This document shows positions 41,128 through 56,183 of a stretch of DNA of 64,000 nt, one piece after another. Within the stretch, counting starts at the first letter, position 1; each line of letters begins with the position of its first letter. Below the pieces are notes generated by a model. That model was given only the letters and a program-made list of their open reading frames with translations. It had not been told where the DNA came from and ran no database searches. Origin of the DNA: the human T2T-CHM13v2.0 reference genome, Homo sapiens; NCBI RefSeq assembly GCF_009914755.1, contig NC_060926.1; one strand, written 5' to 3'. Made by a program: the position numbers and the translations under genes.

Positions 41128-42170
41128 AGTGAGTTTTCTAAACAGAGATTTACTAAAAGGCTTGTGTAGTGACTTGGCAACACCGTAAGTATTTTATTTC
41201 TAAACTTTGAATGCCTTTCTAAATGTCACAGGCTAGGTCTACGTAATTCCCTTTACAGCACCACATGCAATTGGCTGTTTAGAAAATGCTTTTTGAGGAT
41301 GGTGAAGAGCTCTGTTTTTCATTAAGTGGCTTTGAACTTTGAGACTGCAAGTCCTGACTCTGGATTTACCCTTTACTTCACTACATAATTCAATTCAAAC
41401 AGTCAAATGATATCCTCTTTCTGCAACATGTGTGTGGGGGGAGGACGGGGGCGGGGGGCGGTGTTTCCCCTTACTTATGTATCTTTATCCCGTGAGTTCA
41501 TTTTAATGAAAGAACTCCAGTCTTCCCTCAACTTCCTTATTCTGACCTTGTGCTCTAGTACTAAGTAGTGACGCCAGGGAGAAAAAAGGCTGGTGAGCCA
41601 AAAATGGCTTAGGAACATAATTCTCTACCAAGCTGCAGAAAATAAATGACAGGGTTGGCTGAAATCCAAAGGTCAAATATATACAGGCTTTCTTATGGGA
41701 AAGGAATGTCAAACCTGTTTAAAAATCCTGTGAAGTGAGTTTATAATCCCTGACTACCAAAATTAACCATCCAGCTGAATCATTTTAATATTTCCGTGAA
41801 TAAAGTAGATTGATTAGCTTTTCCAGAGTTATGTGTTATCAGATAAACAAACCAATATATTTTAAATAAATCCTTTTGACCCAAATGGCATGGTGGAGCA
41901 CAAAATGCTTAAAAGATGCCCTCTGGACCTCCTAAGGTTTTTCATAGGAAAAGTAAATTAGCTAGACTATTTTCCTTTCTGCACAATGCAATACAAGCTG
42001 AAATAAAAATGTAGCTTTCTCTTCCTTAGTCTTCTTTTTTAATGCTTCTGAATTATGTTAGAATTTTAGAGCTTCCAACTGGATTAAAAATTGATTCAGC
42101 AGAATGGTAAATTACGAAAAAAAATCTCTTAACGAAAATACTTGTTGCACTCAGTTAAAACTGTCTTTTA

Positions 42171-42498
<328 letters not shown>

Positions 42499-42781
42499 TT
42501 ATTCCCAAGCTAGCATAAGAATGTTGAGGTAACCAATGTTATTGGGGAAAAATCTGAATTCTATTCATTTTATTCAAGACCTAGGTATCCCATTGAGCTT
42601 ATTCTACTTTGTGGTAGAAAATATATATATTTTTCTAACTCTCATATCTTCTTAATAGTATAAACAAGAATAAATAAAACAATTTCAATTTTAAGAGTCT
42701 CCTTATCATTATTGTAGCATACCATCACTTGTCCCCTATTAGTTTGGAGTCAGTAATCATCACACAAAAAATATCAATATG

Positions 42782-43096
<315 letters not shown>

Positions 43097-45819
43097 TTAT
43101 CATGTATATCCATTTTGTTGCAACATCATCAACATATCTATAGAAACATAAGTGTTAGAATTAGCTAAAAGGAGCCTTAGAGACTATCCACCTGCCTTGT
43201 TTCTGAAGTAAATAAAATGAGGTTTAGAGAAGTTAGTGATTTTCTCTGCATTCCAGTCCAATGTGATGTTATCAATGGAGGAAAGAAAAAGTACCATGTA
43301 CTGAATATTGTATTAGGCTTTTGATGACTTTTAGCCCAGTCAAATACTCAACGATTTAATACCAAAGGCATAACCATTTCAGTTTTATATAGACATGACT
43401 TAAGTGTAGTTTAAGGCCATATATCTGGACAATGACAATATTTTTTACAGCCAATGCATATTTTTGAAATCACACTAGAAAATGAAATGTATTAATACAA
43501 TTTGGATAATATATATGTGCATTAAAATTCTTAAAAGCTTATTTTATTGGTACCAGTAATAAAATCATTATCTGTGATTCTACCCTGGAGAAGGAAGAAG
43601 GGTATGTCCTGCAATGCACTAAAAGGGCAGGAATCATGCCCTTAAAATGTCCTGAAAACATTTTTTTCAGCCATAAATATGAATAACCAAAGTTGAGGGT
43701 TACGCACTAATGGCAAAATTATCAGATCATTGATCAAATGACGTGCTATTTTCAGGCAGGCAATACCATAATAGCAAAGCAAAGAGAAATCTAATTTGCA
43801 TCTGGGACATTTAAAATAAATATATTAAAGAAGAACTGTTGAGCCAGTCCCTCGGCCATACTGCTCTCATTCTCAGCCTAAAACTAGTCCCTCAGCCTTT
43901 AGGGGGTGAGGGGGCAGCAGTAGGCTTCATGTCACCTACCACTGTCCTTGTCTTCCCCCTAACCTGTACCAAGGCCTTCAGTAAATTCGGTCATCCCTGC
44001 TTTAGCCAAAAAGCCAAAAACTCTACTGATATCAACTCATGGATCTCATTCTCCAAAGAGGTCATTAGTGCTCCCATTTTGTAAACAGTCATATTGTGAA
44101 TCCCAAATGAATTTCCTGCTAAGATAAATAGATATAGGGAAATAGTTTTGGATATGGATATGATATAGATATACAATATCCGTATATTATTTTCCTACAA
44201 TTATCATACTACAACTGGCTTTCTTTTCTATCATTTTAGAAATTTAAATAATGTAAAGACAAAGCAAATAGATGTATGCCCATAAAGTTTAGCAATGTGC
44301 TCACATATTTTTCTAATTTCCTAGAATATCAAAATATGAAGAAGCACTGAAAGAAGAAACATCTACCATATATTGATGTATTTCAAATTCAGATATGGCT
44401 TCATCTGGAAAGCACACTCCCTGTAATTAAGCAAAAGTGGTTAGTCTATAACCATAATTAAATTTATATTGTGTTGTCAAGTTAAAACTGTGAATACTGT
44501 GTACAACCAGGAAAACTGGATGGGAATGACTGACTTAATAAACTAACTTCTTTTAAGAAATACAATGAACATAGCTTCCTTTCCCTTAATTGTATTTTTA
44601 AAAATCATGTGAATAATACAAAAATATCTATGCTACAATATGACAGCCCTAAAAGAACAGAAATGGGTGTTTTCCATGGCCCACAGGGCCAGTCTAGGAA
44701 CAGCCCTTTGCTACAAACTACATAGATCATGAAACTGACAAGTGATTGAAATAAGGTAATCCTTTTATTAACAGGAAATGAATGTGTTTTGAGGCTCTGC
44801 CTTTGTCATGATTATCTGGCTCTATGTGAATACAGGCTCTTTGGGAACCTGATCCAATTTATATCAGTGGAATGAGCCTATCAGAGAAATTCAAGAAAGA
44901 GATAAGTGAATTAAGTTTAGAAAGCACTACACTGCTAGTTGGTATATGAACCAAGTACTAGAAAGTCAGTGGGGAGAAAGGAAAAGTCCATGAAGTGGGT
45001 AATGCTAGAGCTACACCTCAAACAAGTTGGTATTTACAAGGCAGACAAGATAGGGTGGCATAGTTCCTTATGATGTCATGCCATGACTTAAAAACGAAAT
45101 CCCTGCCAGTGGTGAAGAGCAAATGGCTGTTCTCTACAATGCTCCATTCCCCTCTAATCTCAAGGATGAATTTGGCCATCCTAATTCCACTTTATGTGGT
45201 ACCTTAAAGACATCTGAGCATCACTGGTACAGCAACTATCATATTGCATTGTAATTGCCTGTCCTTCACTTGAAGGTGGGAAACATATTTATATCACACT
45301 GTACCAATGTCCAGTATATCTTATACACTCAAATGAGTAAACAAATTAATGAATGAATAAGGATTTAACCAAGACAACAAAGGCCTTGCAGGGGCCTCTC
45401 TTGTCTGCAATTCATCATAATGTCCACTAAAAATCTCAGAATATCCATTTTATACATGGTCAGGCCTCGGTACTCCTGAGAGGCCTAAACTAGTACAGAG
45501 GGCTCCTCAAGAGTTCCAGATAAATCTTATTTAACCATAAGGCTCTTTTCTGAAAAAATAGTGTCACATCCCTTAGGGAAGTTATCTAAACTGACCTTTT
45601 CCCCTGGGAATCCTCCAGTCATTGGTCTAGGCTTCATTTCTGAAGATGCTATGATAGGCTATCATAGATATAGACTGTTAAGTTCACTTTCGTTCACAAA
45701 AATACAGGCATGAACCTCTGTGTACTGCCAGCATGTTCCGCTTTAGGATGCCTTAATATTTTTATTCATGTTTTCTTTTTTCATGAAAAAAATAATAAAG
45801 TCCATGGTAATATTATAGA

Positions 45820-46010
45820 CTGTGGTGTCAGAGATGTCACATGGAATCTTGACTCTGCCACTTTCTGTTTAACTCTGGGTGAATTAACTCCCTGAGCCAC
45901 AGTTTCCTAACCTGGAAAATGGGGATAATAATGCTTACTTTATAGAGGTGGTGAATATAAAATAAGATGCACCTGGCATAATGTACCAAATTGATATTCA
46001 GTAACTAGCA
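45820..46010 (+). mobile_element. MIR SINE
   Basis: GAATCTTGACTCTGCCACTT...CAGTTTCCTAACCTGGAAAATGGGGATAATAATG. Confidence 0.78.
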
Positions 46011-47085
46011 TCCTTAAAGATGCCTAAGAAGATATGAACCTCTTTGTAATGCACTTCTAGAAGCCAACCAATTTTTCTCAACATGGTTGGAAACAAGGCA
46101 AATGTTGCTTCTTTTTACATATAAGCATGATAATTGTGTAAGCGTTTTAACTAATGTGCTGACCATAGTTTACAGTGCTGTGTAAGTTCAAAAATGTCAA
46201 ACACATTTTTTAAGAATGGGGGAAGTAAATACATTCACTGTTTTGAAATGGTATTTTGATATTTATACATCAAATGTAGTATTTTCTTAGGTATAAAATT
46301 TTAGTATGTTTATGCATCATCATAAACAGTGATATTGTTTTGTAAATATCATACTACTACTCAAGACAGCTCAGTCGTACAGAGTAGTTTTATTTTCTCA
46401 CCCGAGGACCCTAAATTCTATAAACTTTAAGAAAGTACCTGATTCTACAGGGAACCCATGAAGGAAGTCAGGTAAAAAAAGGAAAAGCAAGAAAAACAAC
46501 AAACCACTCACCTCCATAGCACACTCAGTAATGCAATGGTAGTTAGCAGATCCAATTACCAGCTACTCAGTGGCACTCAATGGTATTACTTGGTATGGAT
46601 TCATCTCCTTATTTTCTGTTTTGCTTTTCTCTGTATACTTTAACCACAATCTCCTAAACCTTTCCCCCTAGGTTTCCATTCCATTTATTTTCTTGTGAGT
46701 TACACTCCTATATTCCTACTTATGTCCCTAGGAAAATGCAAAATAATTCCTTCTATTCATGGAGAAATATACTATCCTGATGATTCTATGAAGTTTTCTT
46801 ATTTCAGTTATTGTACATCTTCCGAAGTACAGGATAAACATTACATTCCTTGATTCTTCTTTTTCACTGTCAGTTCTACCTACTATTTAATAATACTAAA
46901 TCATGTAAGTTAGATGTCTTACTAGTATTTAGTTCAAAAAGTCATTTTGAGGTGTGAATATAGAGGAAAGGGTGTTGAGGCAGAGAGAGAGACAGCAATA
47001 TGGACAACATCACCCAGCTCAGGAAGCAAAGGCAGCATCTGAACTTAGGAAATAATGAGGGTCTGAAAGTGCTCTGTCTTAAGTT

Positions 47086-47147
47086 TCTCTCTATCTCTCT
47101 CTCTCTCCCTCCCATCTCCCTCTTCTCCCTCTCCCTCTCTCTCTCCC
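47086..47147. repeat. (CT)n/(CCT)n low-complexity tract
   Basis: Directly visible. Confidence 0.85.
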
Positions 47148-49292
47148 TTTATCCAATAAGGCTACAATTCAGCCAGTAGATAATCGTAGTGGGGTAGCAT
47201 CATGCATCTTTTTCAGAAGACAGAGATCTTCAAGGATTCATAGCAAGAGAAGCCTGGACATCCTGCCTGTAAGACAAGTCTTGACATATATCAAAATAAA
47301 TTTGGCACCTGGTTTTACTAATCTGTAAACAAAAACAAACAACAGTGTGTGTGTGTATATATGTCTGCATGTATACATACATGTGTATGACTGTGTGTGT
47401 ATGCCTTAAAGCTTCTTTTCTATAACTGGGTAATAGGGAATGAATACCAGCTATTCTGAGAACTCTGAGCCTGCTGATTGAAGATTACTCTGAGATAAAA
47501 TGCAGCACAAGTCAACCCTCCTGGCCCACAAACCATGGTCTTTGATTTTATTTCTGCTCTGTAAACATCCTCATATGGCATCTGACCCTACTGAAATCAT
47601 TCAACAAATACAAGTCAATGATTACTGAGACTAAGCAAAATCAACAAGACTATAGGTATGTTTTTCATCCATAAGTGACAACAAAACAAGTTGTGTCATA
47701 AAGAAGTCACTAGGGATGATTCTTCCTTTGAAATTAGATGGCAATTATCTTCCATAATTGGATTTTCTTCTTTTAGAAATTTCCTAATAGATCCTGAAAG
47801 GTATCATATGTATTACAGGAATTCAGTAAAATGCTACGTTAATTACACATAGCTGTGACTTGAAATATTTGAAAACAGCGTGCTGTATCTTATATGAGAA
47901 CAACTAAACTAAAAATCAGAAATTAAAATTTAAGTTACAAATTAGCATATAATCTACCAGAGTCTCTCCAAGCCACAGACAGTGAACTTCCCTGGAAAGC
48001 GAAGTGTTGGCCTCAGATGATGGGCTGCTCTGTGCTATTGTGTCAATAAAAATAAGACAACCCACAACTCAGATCACATAAACCTAGGATCTGTCTGATT
48101 TTCAAGAAACAAGATGATTGATATTACTAAACAAATACCCACTACGCGCCTCTGGCTTCTTCTCTCATGTTTCTTTTAGTTCTTAGTAAGCATTGAAATG
48201 ATAGGTTATTCATTCCTAAGATGTCATTATCTGTAGCAACCACTGTCTTGCAGCCTGCATATGCTTCATGTCAGATCAGAGTATTCTGTTTAAAGATGAC
48301 CAGTGATTAGATAAAGGTAATGTGCATTCTCTCATTACCTCTCATCTAGATAGCGGCAGGAGGAAAGGATATCAGAAGGCAGCAGCACTGTGAGCCTCTC
48401 TGATGAGCAGTGGCAATCCAGTTACAGAGAAGTTGAGGGCTCTCTAAAGTGAGGCAGTGCCAGAATTCACTTTACCATTTTTATGTACACTTGGTTTTAG
48501 AACTTGTTCTAGAAACATATATTCTACCATTTTCACTGTACCAGATTGTGAAAAGATAGTAACTGAAGTACAAAGTAAATAAGTATATACATGTATGAAA
48601 AACTGCTCAGTAAATATTAACTAATATAGGTTATGAAATAGAACGCAATTTATGATTCCATTGTCAATATCACCAATGAATGTCTCACACATGCATAGGA
48701 AAATTTGATTAAGTTCCCAGCTCTTACTGATGAATTGAGGTAAGGGAGTATGAGTTGGGCATTGTGAAATACTTTCAATTTCTAAGACGTATCTAAATAG
48801 ATGGATGGATAGAAAGACAGACAGAAGTTACTTTGTAACTATAAAAATCATGAACATACATCATTATGCAGAAAACAAATATTCAAAATGCAATGTATCC
48901 TATTGCATACCTATTGTGTATACTTTCACAAATTCAGGTGACAAAGCTAGGTCAATCAAACACAATATATTTCATCACTGCATGACTTTTCAGAGCTTTT
49001 AATGTGTACTGTGGATGTCCACTGACTATAAGTAGTCATATGAGGCAGAATACAAATGTTCATATGCAAAAAAACCAAAAACTTCCAACGGTCATTGTAG
49101 CTCATATCCTCATTAAAATTTGACTCTTTCTTTTAAGTCAAGATATATTGCATGCTCTTTGGAGATCAAAAATGGTGGTTTGTGATTCTGATCACCATGG
49201 AACCTCTGAAAACTATAAGAAACATGTCTATTTCAAACTTCTGGTCCTATTTCTGTGAGTTGATTTGGTAAGCTGGTCAAGAAGGGAGTCAA

Positions 49293-49609
<317 letters not shown>

Positions 49610-50629
49610 CTAGGCATATCAAACACAGTTACCCATGCCCTTCCCAGGTTTAGGGTTAGGATTTTTGATACAGAACTCTCTTATCAGAAGGAGAGCTCCA
49701 CAAGGCTCAGGATTTTCAGAGTTTAATTCTTGAGACTGGCCTGGGCGAATCTGTTTCTTGCTAAATTGAAAGCTGGGTGTGAGAGTAAGGAAAACGGAAA
49801 TTCATCATGCAGGTAAGCCTTAGAGGCCTGAGGGTAAGAAAAAGTTTGAAGGAGTTATTTCAGAGACAATGAGATAGCACGCACCCCTCTCTCTACCCAA
49901 ATACACTGGAGACTTGTACTAAAGGCTTTGATTCCTACACAAATATACATTCCCATGAGAGAGTTAAACTTTGAGCTTTTATTGATCATTTCATATCCTA
50001 CTATGAACTGCTTTATGAGATCCATAGTGGAGAAAGCATTTGAAGGAACGGATGCTTAAGAGTAGAAAGGAATGGAGTAGTAGAGAGAAGAGGGGTTTTG
50101 TTTCCCAACCAGAAAGTAACTCACCCTATTGCCTTGTTTGGTGTGTACTAGCTTTGCTTTGTGTACTCCCTGGCTCTCTTTGCCTTATTTTTTTACATAC
50201 GGGAGTGTGAGACTGAAAATTAGTTGGCTTCGTGAAACAAGTCAATTCATCTTCAGAAAAAAATCTCAAAGAGCACTAATGAGTATTTTCAAATATATGT
50301 CTCAAATTTGGATAAGTAAGTAAATAAGTAAATAAATAAAGCAAATGGTAGTGGCTAAAAACAGCTGTCTTCTAACTTGGCCCTGACTAACTTCTAGTTA
50401 GAATCATAACACCATGACTCATTGAAACTATTGTGGAGTCTAAATCAAGTAAATGAGATAGTAGTTCTGGGCATCTTTGCAGGTTACTCTATAAAATGAA
50501 AGAGTTCCTTCTGTGGCTTTGTTGATTTTGCAAGGTCTTTCCTTGGCCTATCTTCTATGCATTAAGGATCTTTTTGTTAGCAAAAAAGTTTTATTGTTTT
50601 CAAAATATGAAACAAATGATGCTTTTTGG

Positions 50630-50775
50630 AAAGTTTCTTAATTACCCTAAGCCTCACTTCTTCCAAAGTAAAAATTGCAGTTAATGTACCTGCTTCTCAA
50701 GGCTGTTTTCAAGATTATATAAATGTGTATGAATGCATGCTTTTAAACTCTGGGGTTCTACAAAAGCTATTATTA
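50630..50775 (+). mobile_element. MIR SINE fragment
   Basis: CTAAGCCTCACTTCTTCCAAAGTAAAA...GTACCTGCTTCTCAAGGCTGTTTTCAAGATT. Confidence 0.55.
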
Positions 50776-52401
50776 GTTACACTGGTTTTTTGCTGGACTT
50801 CTAACATTCACAGGATGATAGTGATAATGGGTCAAATTCCATTGCATGGACCATCAAGGAAGGACATTAATTCTTGTACTTGAAGTAGATTTACCTTTAA
50901 GCAAATCCTTCCAAAATTATGTATTCTATCTGCCTGGAGTGTGGATCCTGCTTAGGATATTAAGAGAAAGTATTTAAAATCTTATTAAAAAGTAGGTAGC
51001 ATGACCTTTCAGCATCATATGGGAGCTATAGACCTAATCAAAGGTTATTTAGTTACTTAGAGAAGGTGTATTTTGTTTGATTCACTTTATTACTGATACA
51101 GGTCCAAGAGTTAGTAAAGTTTCTTGTTAACCTAGTGAAATTTGCCTGGTAGAGATACAAATAATTTTTGTCTAGTTGAAAAGATAACCCCAAGGGTTTT
51201 AGTTTATGGCCCTATAGATATTAACTACTCGTATCTAACACTGCAATCTTATTCTAAGATTTATTAAATGGCCTATATATACTTAGCTCTGCAAATGCTC
51301 TTTAAACTGGCCTTACCATCTTACTGGATCTCTAATTAATAAATGAATAAGCTATTTGACATGTGCTCATTTGATGTAGGCAAATCATATTTTTAATGTT
51401 TTAAAAACTATATTAACAGTGATACAGAAATTTTGTTGTTGTAGAGATAATTAGAGTGGGATTTGTTAGATGGTAGAATATATTCTGATATTGAAAAGAA
51501 TAGTAGTAAAAAGTAAATGGGAAGAAAGATGGACGAGTAAGTAGTTAGAAACAAAGAGTTTCTGGAAATTTTAAATTAACAGTGTTAAAATTTGCTTTCT
51601 TTCTATTTCCCCCAGGGGGCCAACATGCTGTTAGATAGTTTATGATGACAAGGAATTTAGGGAACTTATTTAAAAAGTGGATCCTTCTAATAATTGGAAT
51701 ATACACTATTGCAATTGTATTCAACGATACTAAAGTCTCACACAATAAACTTCAAGGTGCAGTGCCATTTACTTACACTTTATATCTCAGATGACGGAGA
51801 CCCAGAGAATCTTGGTTGTTACTAAACAGATCACTCACTGCAAATATGAACAAACGTGAACTAAAATAGAGTATTCGGGGTTCTTGATACTGTGTTAAAC
51901 GTACTGATCACTTTAAGATTTATAACTGGGTAAAATGTGTCTGCACAGAGGTCCCTCACAGTGTACAATAAGAGATGGTAACCACGATTCCAGTCATAAT
52001 CTGAAATTGTTGCATAAGCTTAAACTTAAACTTTCAGAATCTCATTTTAATTATGAGTAAAATGAGGATATTGGAATAAATTATTTTTTTCTTTCTCGGG
52101 TGATATTCTATTAAAAAAAGGAAGACAAAAGATATATGATTCAATGTAAAACTTGGGCAAAAATTACTTAAAAAGGGAAGCAGAGTAACATATAGTACAG
52201 CCTCTAAGAGTTTTTGCTGTGAATACCTCTTTTAAACTCTGTTTAATTATGCATTTTCTCAATCTTATTTGGCCATAGGATAACTCACTTCCACCTCGTC
52301 TTTTCTTGCCCATCACCTATAAACATGTCTATGAACATCACCATGAACTTAAAACTCAAGTTGTCAGTAACTCTTTGGGAACTTCTGGATTAATCATCTC
52401 T

Positions 52402-52441
52402 GAAGTCACTTGGAATTCTAAGAAGTCACTTGGAATTCTAA
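52402..52441. repeat. perfect 20-bp tandem duplication
   Basis: GAAGTCACTTGGAATTCTAA x2. Confidence 0.95.
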
Positions 52442-54668
52442 CATCCTATTATCACTTGGCTAACATCACAAATTACCCTAAATTTACTTAGCACTTACTA
52501 TTTGTAAGGCACTGTTCTATTCACTTAAAAGTGCCAACCTATTGAGATCAGGTGACAGTGCTGGAGCTCATAAATGTCAGCCTTGTATGTATTAGGATCT
52601 GTAAGATTAAATATCTGTGCCATACAAAATTGTTCCTGGTAATTATGCAAATGTGGCTACAATTTTTTTAAAGCACAGATTATTATAAATTAAATATAGA
52701 CATATCATAAGTTCTGTAGTGTAAAGGAAAAAGATGTTCATGACAGACTGAGAAAAATAGGAATGGGAAATATAGTTTGAAAATTACATTGGGAAATGTA
52801 TTTATTTTCAAACTACTGTACTTGTAATTTTGAATCAAAGGCTAACTCCCAACTTCTGCTAATGATTGGATGAGTCTTACAAATACCCTTTTCCATTTTT
52901 TATAATAGAATTTTTAAGTGACTATAATGTACAAATCCATTCAATAATCAATTGAAGGTCAAACTACATGCCAGTACCCGCATCAGGTACAGGGATAGAG
53001 GTCTCAGAAAGTTCACAGCTTTATGAGCAAGAGAGTGTGTACGATGGCAATATAATGAATCAGCAGTATGGCAGCCAGATGACAGGAGAGATGGTCAAGG
53101 AAAGCTTCCAGGGAAAATAAGTGAGGCCATAGAGAAGTCATTTTTTAGAGTAATAAGGAGGTCAGCTGAGGGCATGGCATGAAAAACATATTCCACTAGA
53201 ACTATTTAAAATATTAAGATGTCAACAGCAAAGTATCTAAGTTAACTCCTTTCTCCTGAGACAATGCAAAGGAGGAGGCTCTGCTGATTTCATGCACTAC
53301 TTGCCTGGGATTTTTTTGCATGATTCTTTTAAGGTGTCAAGCACTGGGTCTATGACAATGTAGATGAAGGAACATGCTTTGGAGGGAGAGATTTAGCCTA
53401 AACTTTTAAAGGACTTCTATCCAACCCACTCACTGTCCGTATAGACACAAAAAGAAAGGGACAAGAAACCAGATTACCCCAGGTGTGTACTACAAACATA
53501 CAATAGTGGCTTTGGTTCTGGGAAAGTTCATCTTTGAGTAAGACACCCAGACTCACTGTTTATTTTAATGTAAACTATTAGAGAGAAAAATGTCTGGGAG
53601 AAATGTACTCAAAAAGCATCTGTTGAGAATAACCAGTCCTATGAAGTAATATTTAAATGCTGTGAAAAAAAATTCACAGAGCTTCAGGTCTCCCATTGCC
53701 CTTAGTCTTCATCAGTCTATTCCTATGTACACAAGTTTAAAATGTTGAGGACAGCCCTCCTAGGAAAGTCTCACTCAGAATTGACATTAGGTCCTGTACC
53801 TAGCAGCATCTGAATTCCCAGACTAATCTTAAGAATTCATGGACCTGATACTCAAAACTGAACATTCAGCATGGTAATCACATGAGATCTCAGGGTACAT
53901 ATACTTCCCCACCCAATCTCTCTTCCTCTCACACCCACATTAGGAACATATTGCACAGGTCAGGATGGACAAATTCTAGAGGACTCTGGGAATCATCTTC
54001 CGTATTTTGTTTGTCTGTTTGTTTTCAAAAAGTGACAAGAGGCTATAAGCCATGGATTTTCTAATTTTATAACTGGTTAAGTCCAAGCTTGGAATGCCAA
54101 GAGTCTTCATTCTCATTTTTCCAGTCCTGTTTACTACTCCAGAGTCAAGAAACTCTGCACACGGTGGTTGCTTATGATAGGAGTGAAGGGTAGATGTTTT
54201 GACACTCCGTCTCCTGTGGCCACAATCAAAGCATAGCAAGAAATTTCACTAGGGGCCCTGCTGCTCCTCTCACTACACTCCTACCTCATCAATAACAACA
54301 TCTGTATTTAGTAATAAACATGCTAGGAAAATGTTAACGTGCTTCATAAATTATATTTCCATTTATTTGCAAAGAAAATTGAAGTGTGATAGGGTAGAAA
54401 ACATGTTTTATACCACATGTAGGGAAGCAGTCAGAAGATTCATGTGAGCAACAAAGCTCAAGAAGATTGTCAGAACAAAAAAAATCATACCATTAAGAAC
54501 ATGAAAGACTCTACCTTTCAGCTCTGAGATGGACAGGGCCACTGATTTATTCCCAGAGTTGTTAATAAATGAATAAAAAAAAGAAACAGCAAATTTGTGG
54601 TAAAGTATCCCTGACTATGAGCCAATATACTTTGTAATGACCAGAAAATCTGCATTTTGAAAACCCTC

Positions 54669-55101
54669 TATGCAGCCATAGAAAAGAATAAGTTCATGCC
54701 ATTTGCAGGGACATGGATGAAGCTGGAAACCATCATTCTCAGCCAACTAACACAGGAACAGAAAACCAAACACTGCATGTTCTCAGTCATAAGTGGGAGT
54801 TGAACAATGAGAACACATGGACACAGGGAGGGGAACATCACACACTGGGCCCTGTCGGGCGGTGGAGGGCAAGGGGAGGGAGAGCATTAGGACAAATACC
54901 TAATGCACGCGGAGCTTAAAACCTAAATTACAGGTTGACAGGTGCAGCAAACCACCATGGCACATGTATACCTATGAAACAAACCTGCACATTCTGCACG
55001 TGTATCCCCAGAACTTAAAGTAAAATTAAAATAAATAAACACACTCATCAACATTAACAGTAAAAAAAAAAAAAAAAAAAAAAAAAAGAAAGAAAGAAAA
55101 A
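54669..55101 (+). mobile_element. L1PA8-like 3' end (~370 nt) with short 3' transduction and poly(A); 10-bp TSD
   Basis: GGAGAGCATTAGGACAAATACCTAATGCA..GCTTAAAACCT motif. TSD GAAAACCCTC at 54659-54668 and 55102-55111. Confidence 0.92.
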
Positions 55102-55364
55102 GAAAACCCTCAAGTTTCTTGTGGTCCCCTCACCACACTGCTCAGAACCAGAAAGAGTTTAAGACTTTGAATGGATTCATTTCTTAGAAAGCCTGGCTGT
55201 ACATCTCTATATTTAGGGTTGATTTCTTTTATTGCACACAGTGAGAAGTTGATGGGAGGAGTGACGAGATGGCTGAGACTCCCCTTTCCTAAGCTTTTCT
55301 TGCCTTTGTAGAGTTGTAATGGGCAATTTCTTACCACATAATGAGAAAACGGACTTGAATCCAT

Positions 55365-55495
55365 GCTACTCAAAGCGGACTGGCATCCCTGGGACTTGTT
55401 AGAAATATATATGCTAGGGCGTTTACCTCATACTTAGTGAAATTAGCATCTCTGGGCAGAGGACTCAACATTCAGTGTTGTGACCAGCACTGCTT
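55365..55495. mobile_element. MER5A-like relic
   Basis: TGCTACTCAAAG...GCATCCCTGGGACTTGTTAGAAAT...ATCTCTGGG. Confidence 0.5.
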
Positions 55496-56183
55496 TATGG
55501 CTACAGCAGTATTCCTCCTAGGACCATGCCGCCGTCAGAGTTATTTTGACCCTCTCTGGGAAGACAGCAAGCCTAAGTCAAGGTTTTACTCTATTCCACA
55601 AGAGCTTGTTCTCTAATGGAATTTACAAGTCTGGCCTTTCAAGTACAGTCCCAAAAATGGAATGCAAGACACAGGAAGGCAGAGAGGGGAAAAAGTCTGA
55701 GTGCCAAACAGAGAAGAATGACCTCTATGGCTAAATTGTTTTGTCTGCATCCTGTCTAAAGGCACCAAAATTTACAGAGAATAAACTAAAGGAAAGAGAA
55801 AAAAGTCTTGTAGCTCAATGATCTTTCTAGTTTGGAATAATTTTAAATTGAGCAATAATCTGAGCATATTTTCAGCCAGCATCTGTCTGTGTTCCACTTA
55901 GTTTCAGTCTGACTTTTACTCCCCTGGGTAATCAGCCCACACACAAGCAGGTTAGGAATGAAAAAAATAAAATAAAATAAACCCTGCTTATTTCATTTTC
56001 TGTTTCCCACATCTCCTTTTGTACATACATCAAAGCACAGCATGTGACAGAAATGCTTCCATAGCACCAAGGCAATAGATGGCACTTTGTATAGAAGGTT
56101 GGTGTGTCTTCTGTGCCTAGGTTCAAATTTTGGCTTTGCTACATACTGGCTATTTGAAATGTGGTAACTTACTCTCTGTAGCC

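Noticed and set aside
46505-46610. Strong minus-strand donor GAG|GTGAGT
   Set aside because: No upstream polypyrimidine acceptor or sustained reading frame.
48308-48348. Hairpin TAGAT..AGGTAATG / CATTACCT..ATCTA as a possible pre-miRNA
   Set aside because: Only 8+5 bp of stem with no further extension, too short for a Drosha substrate and expected by chance.
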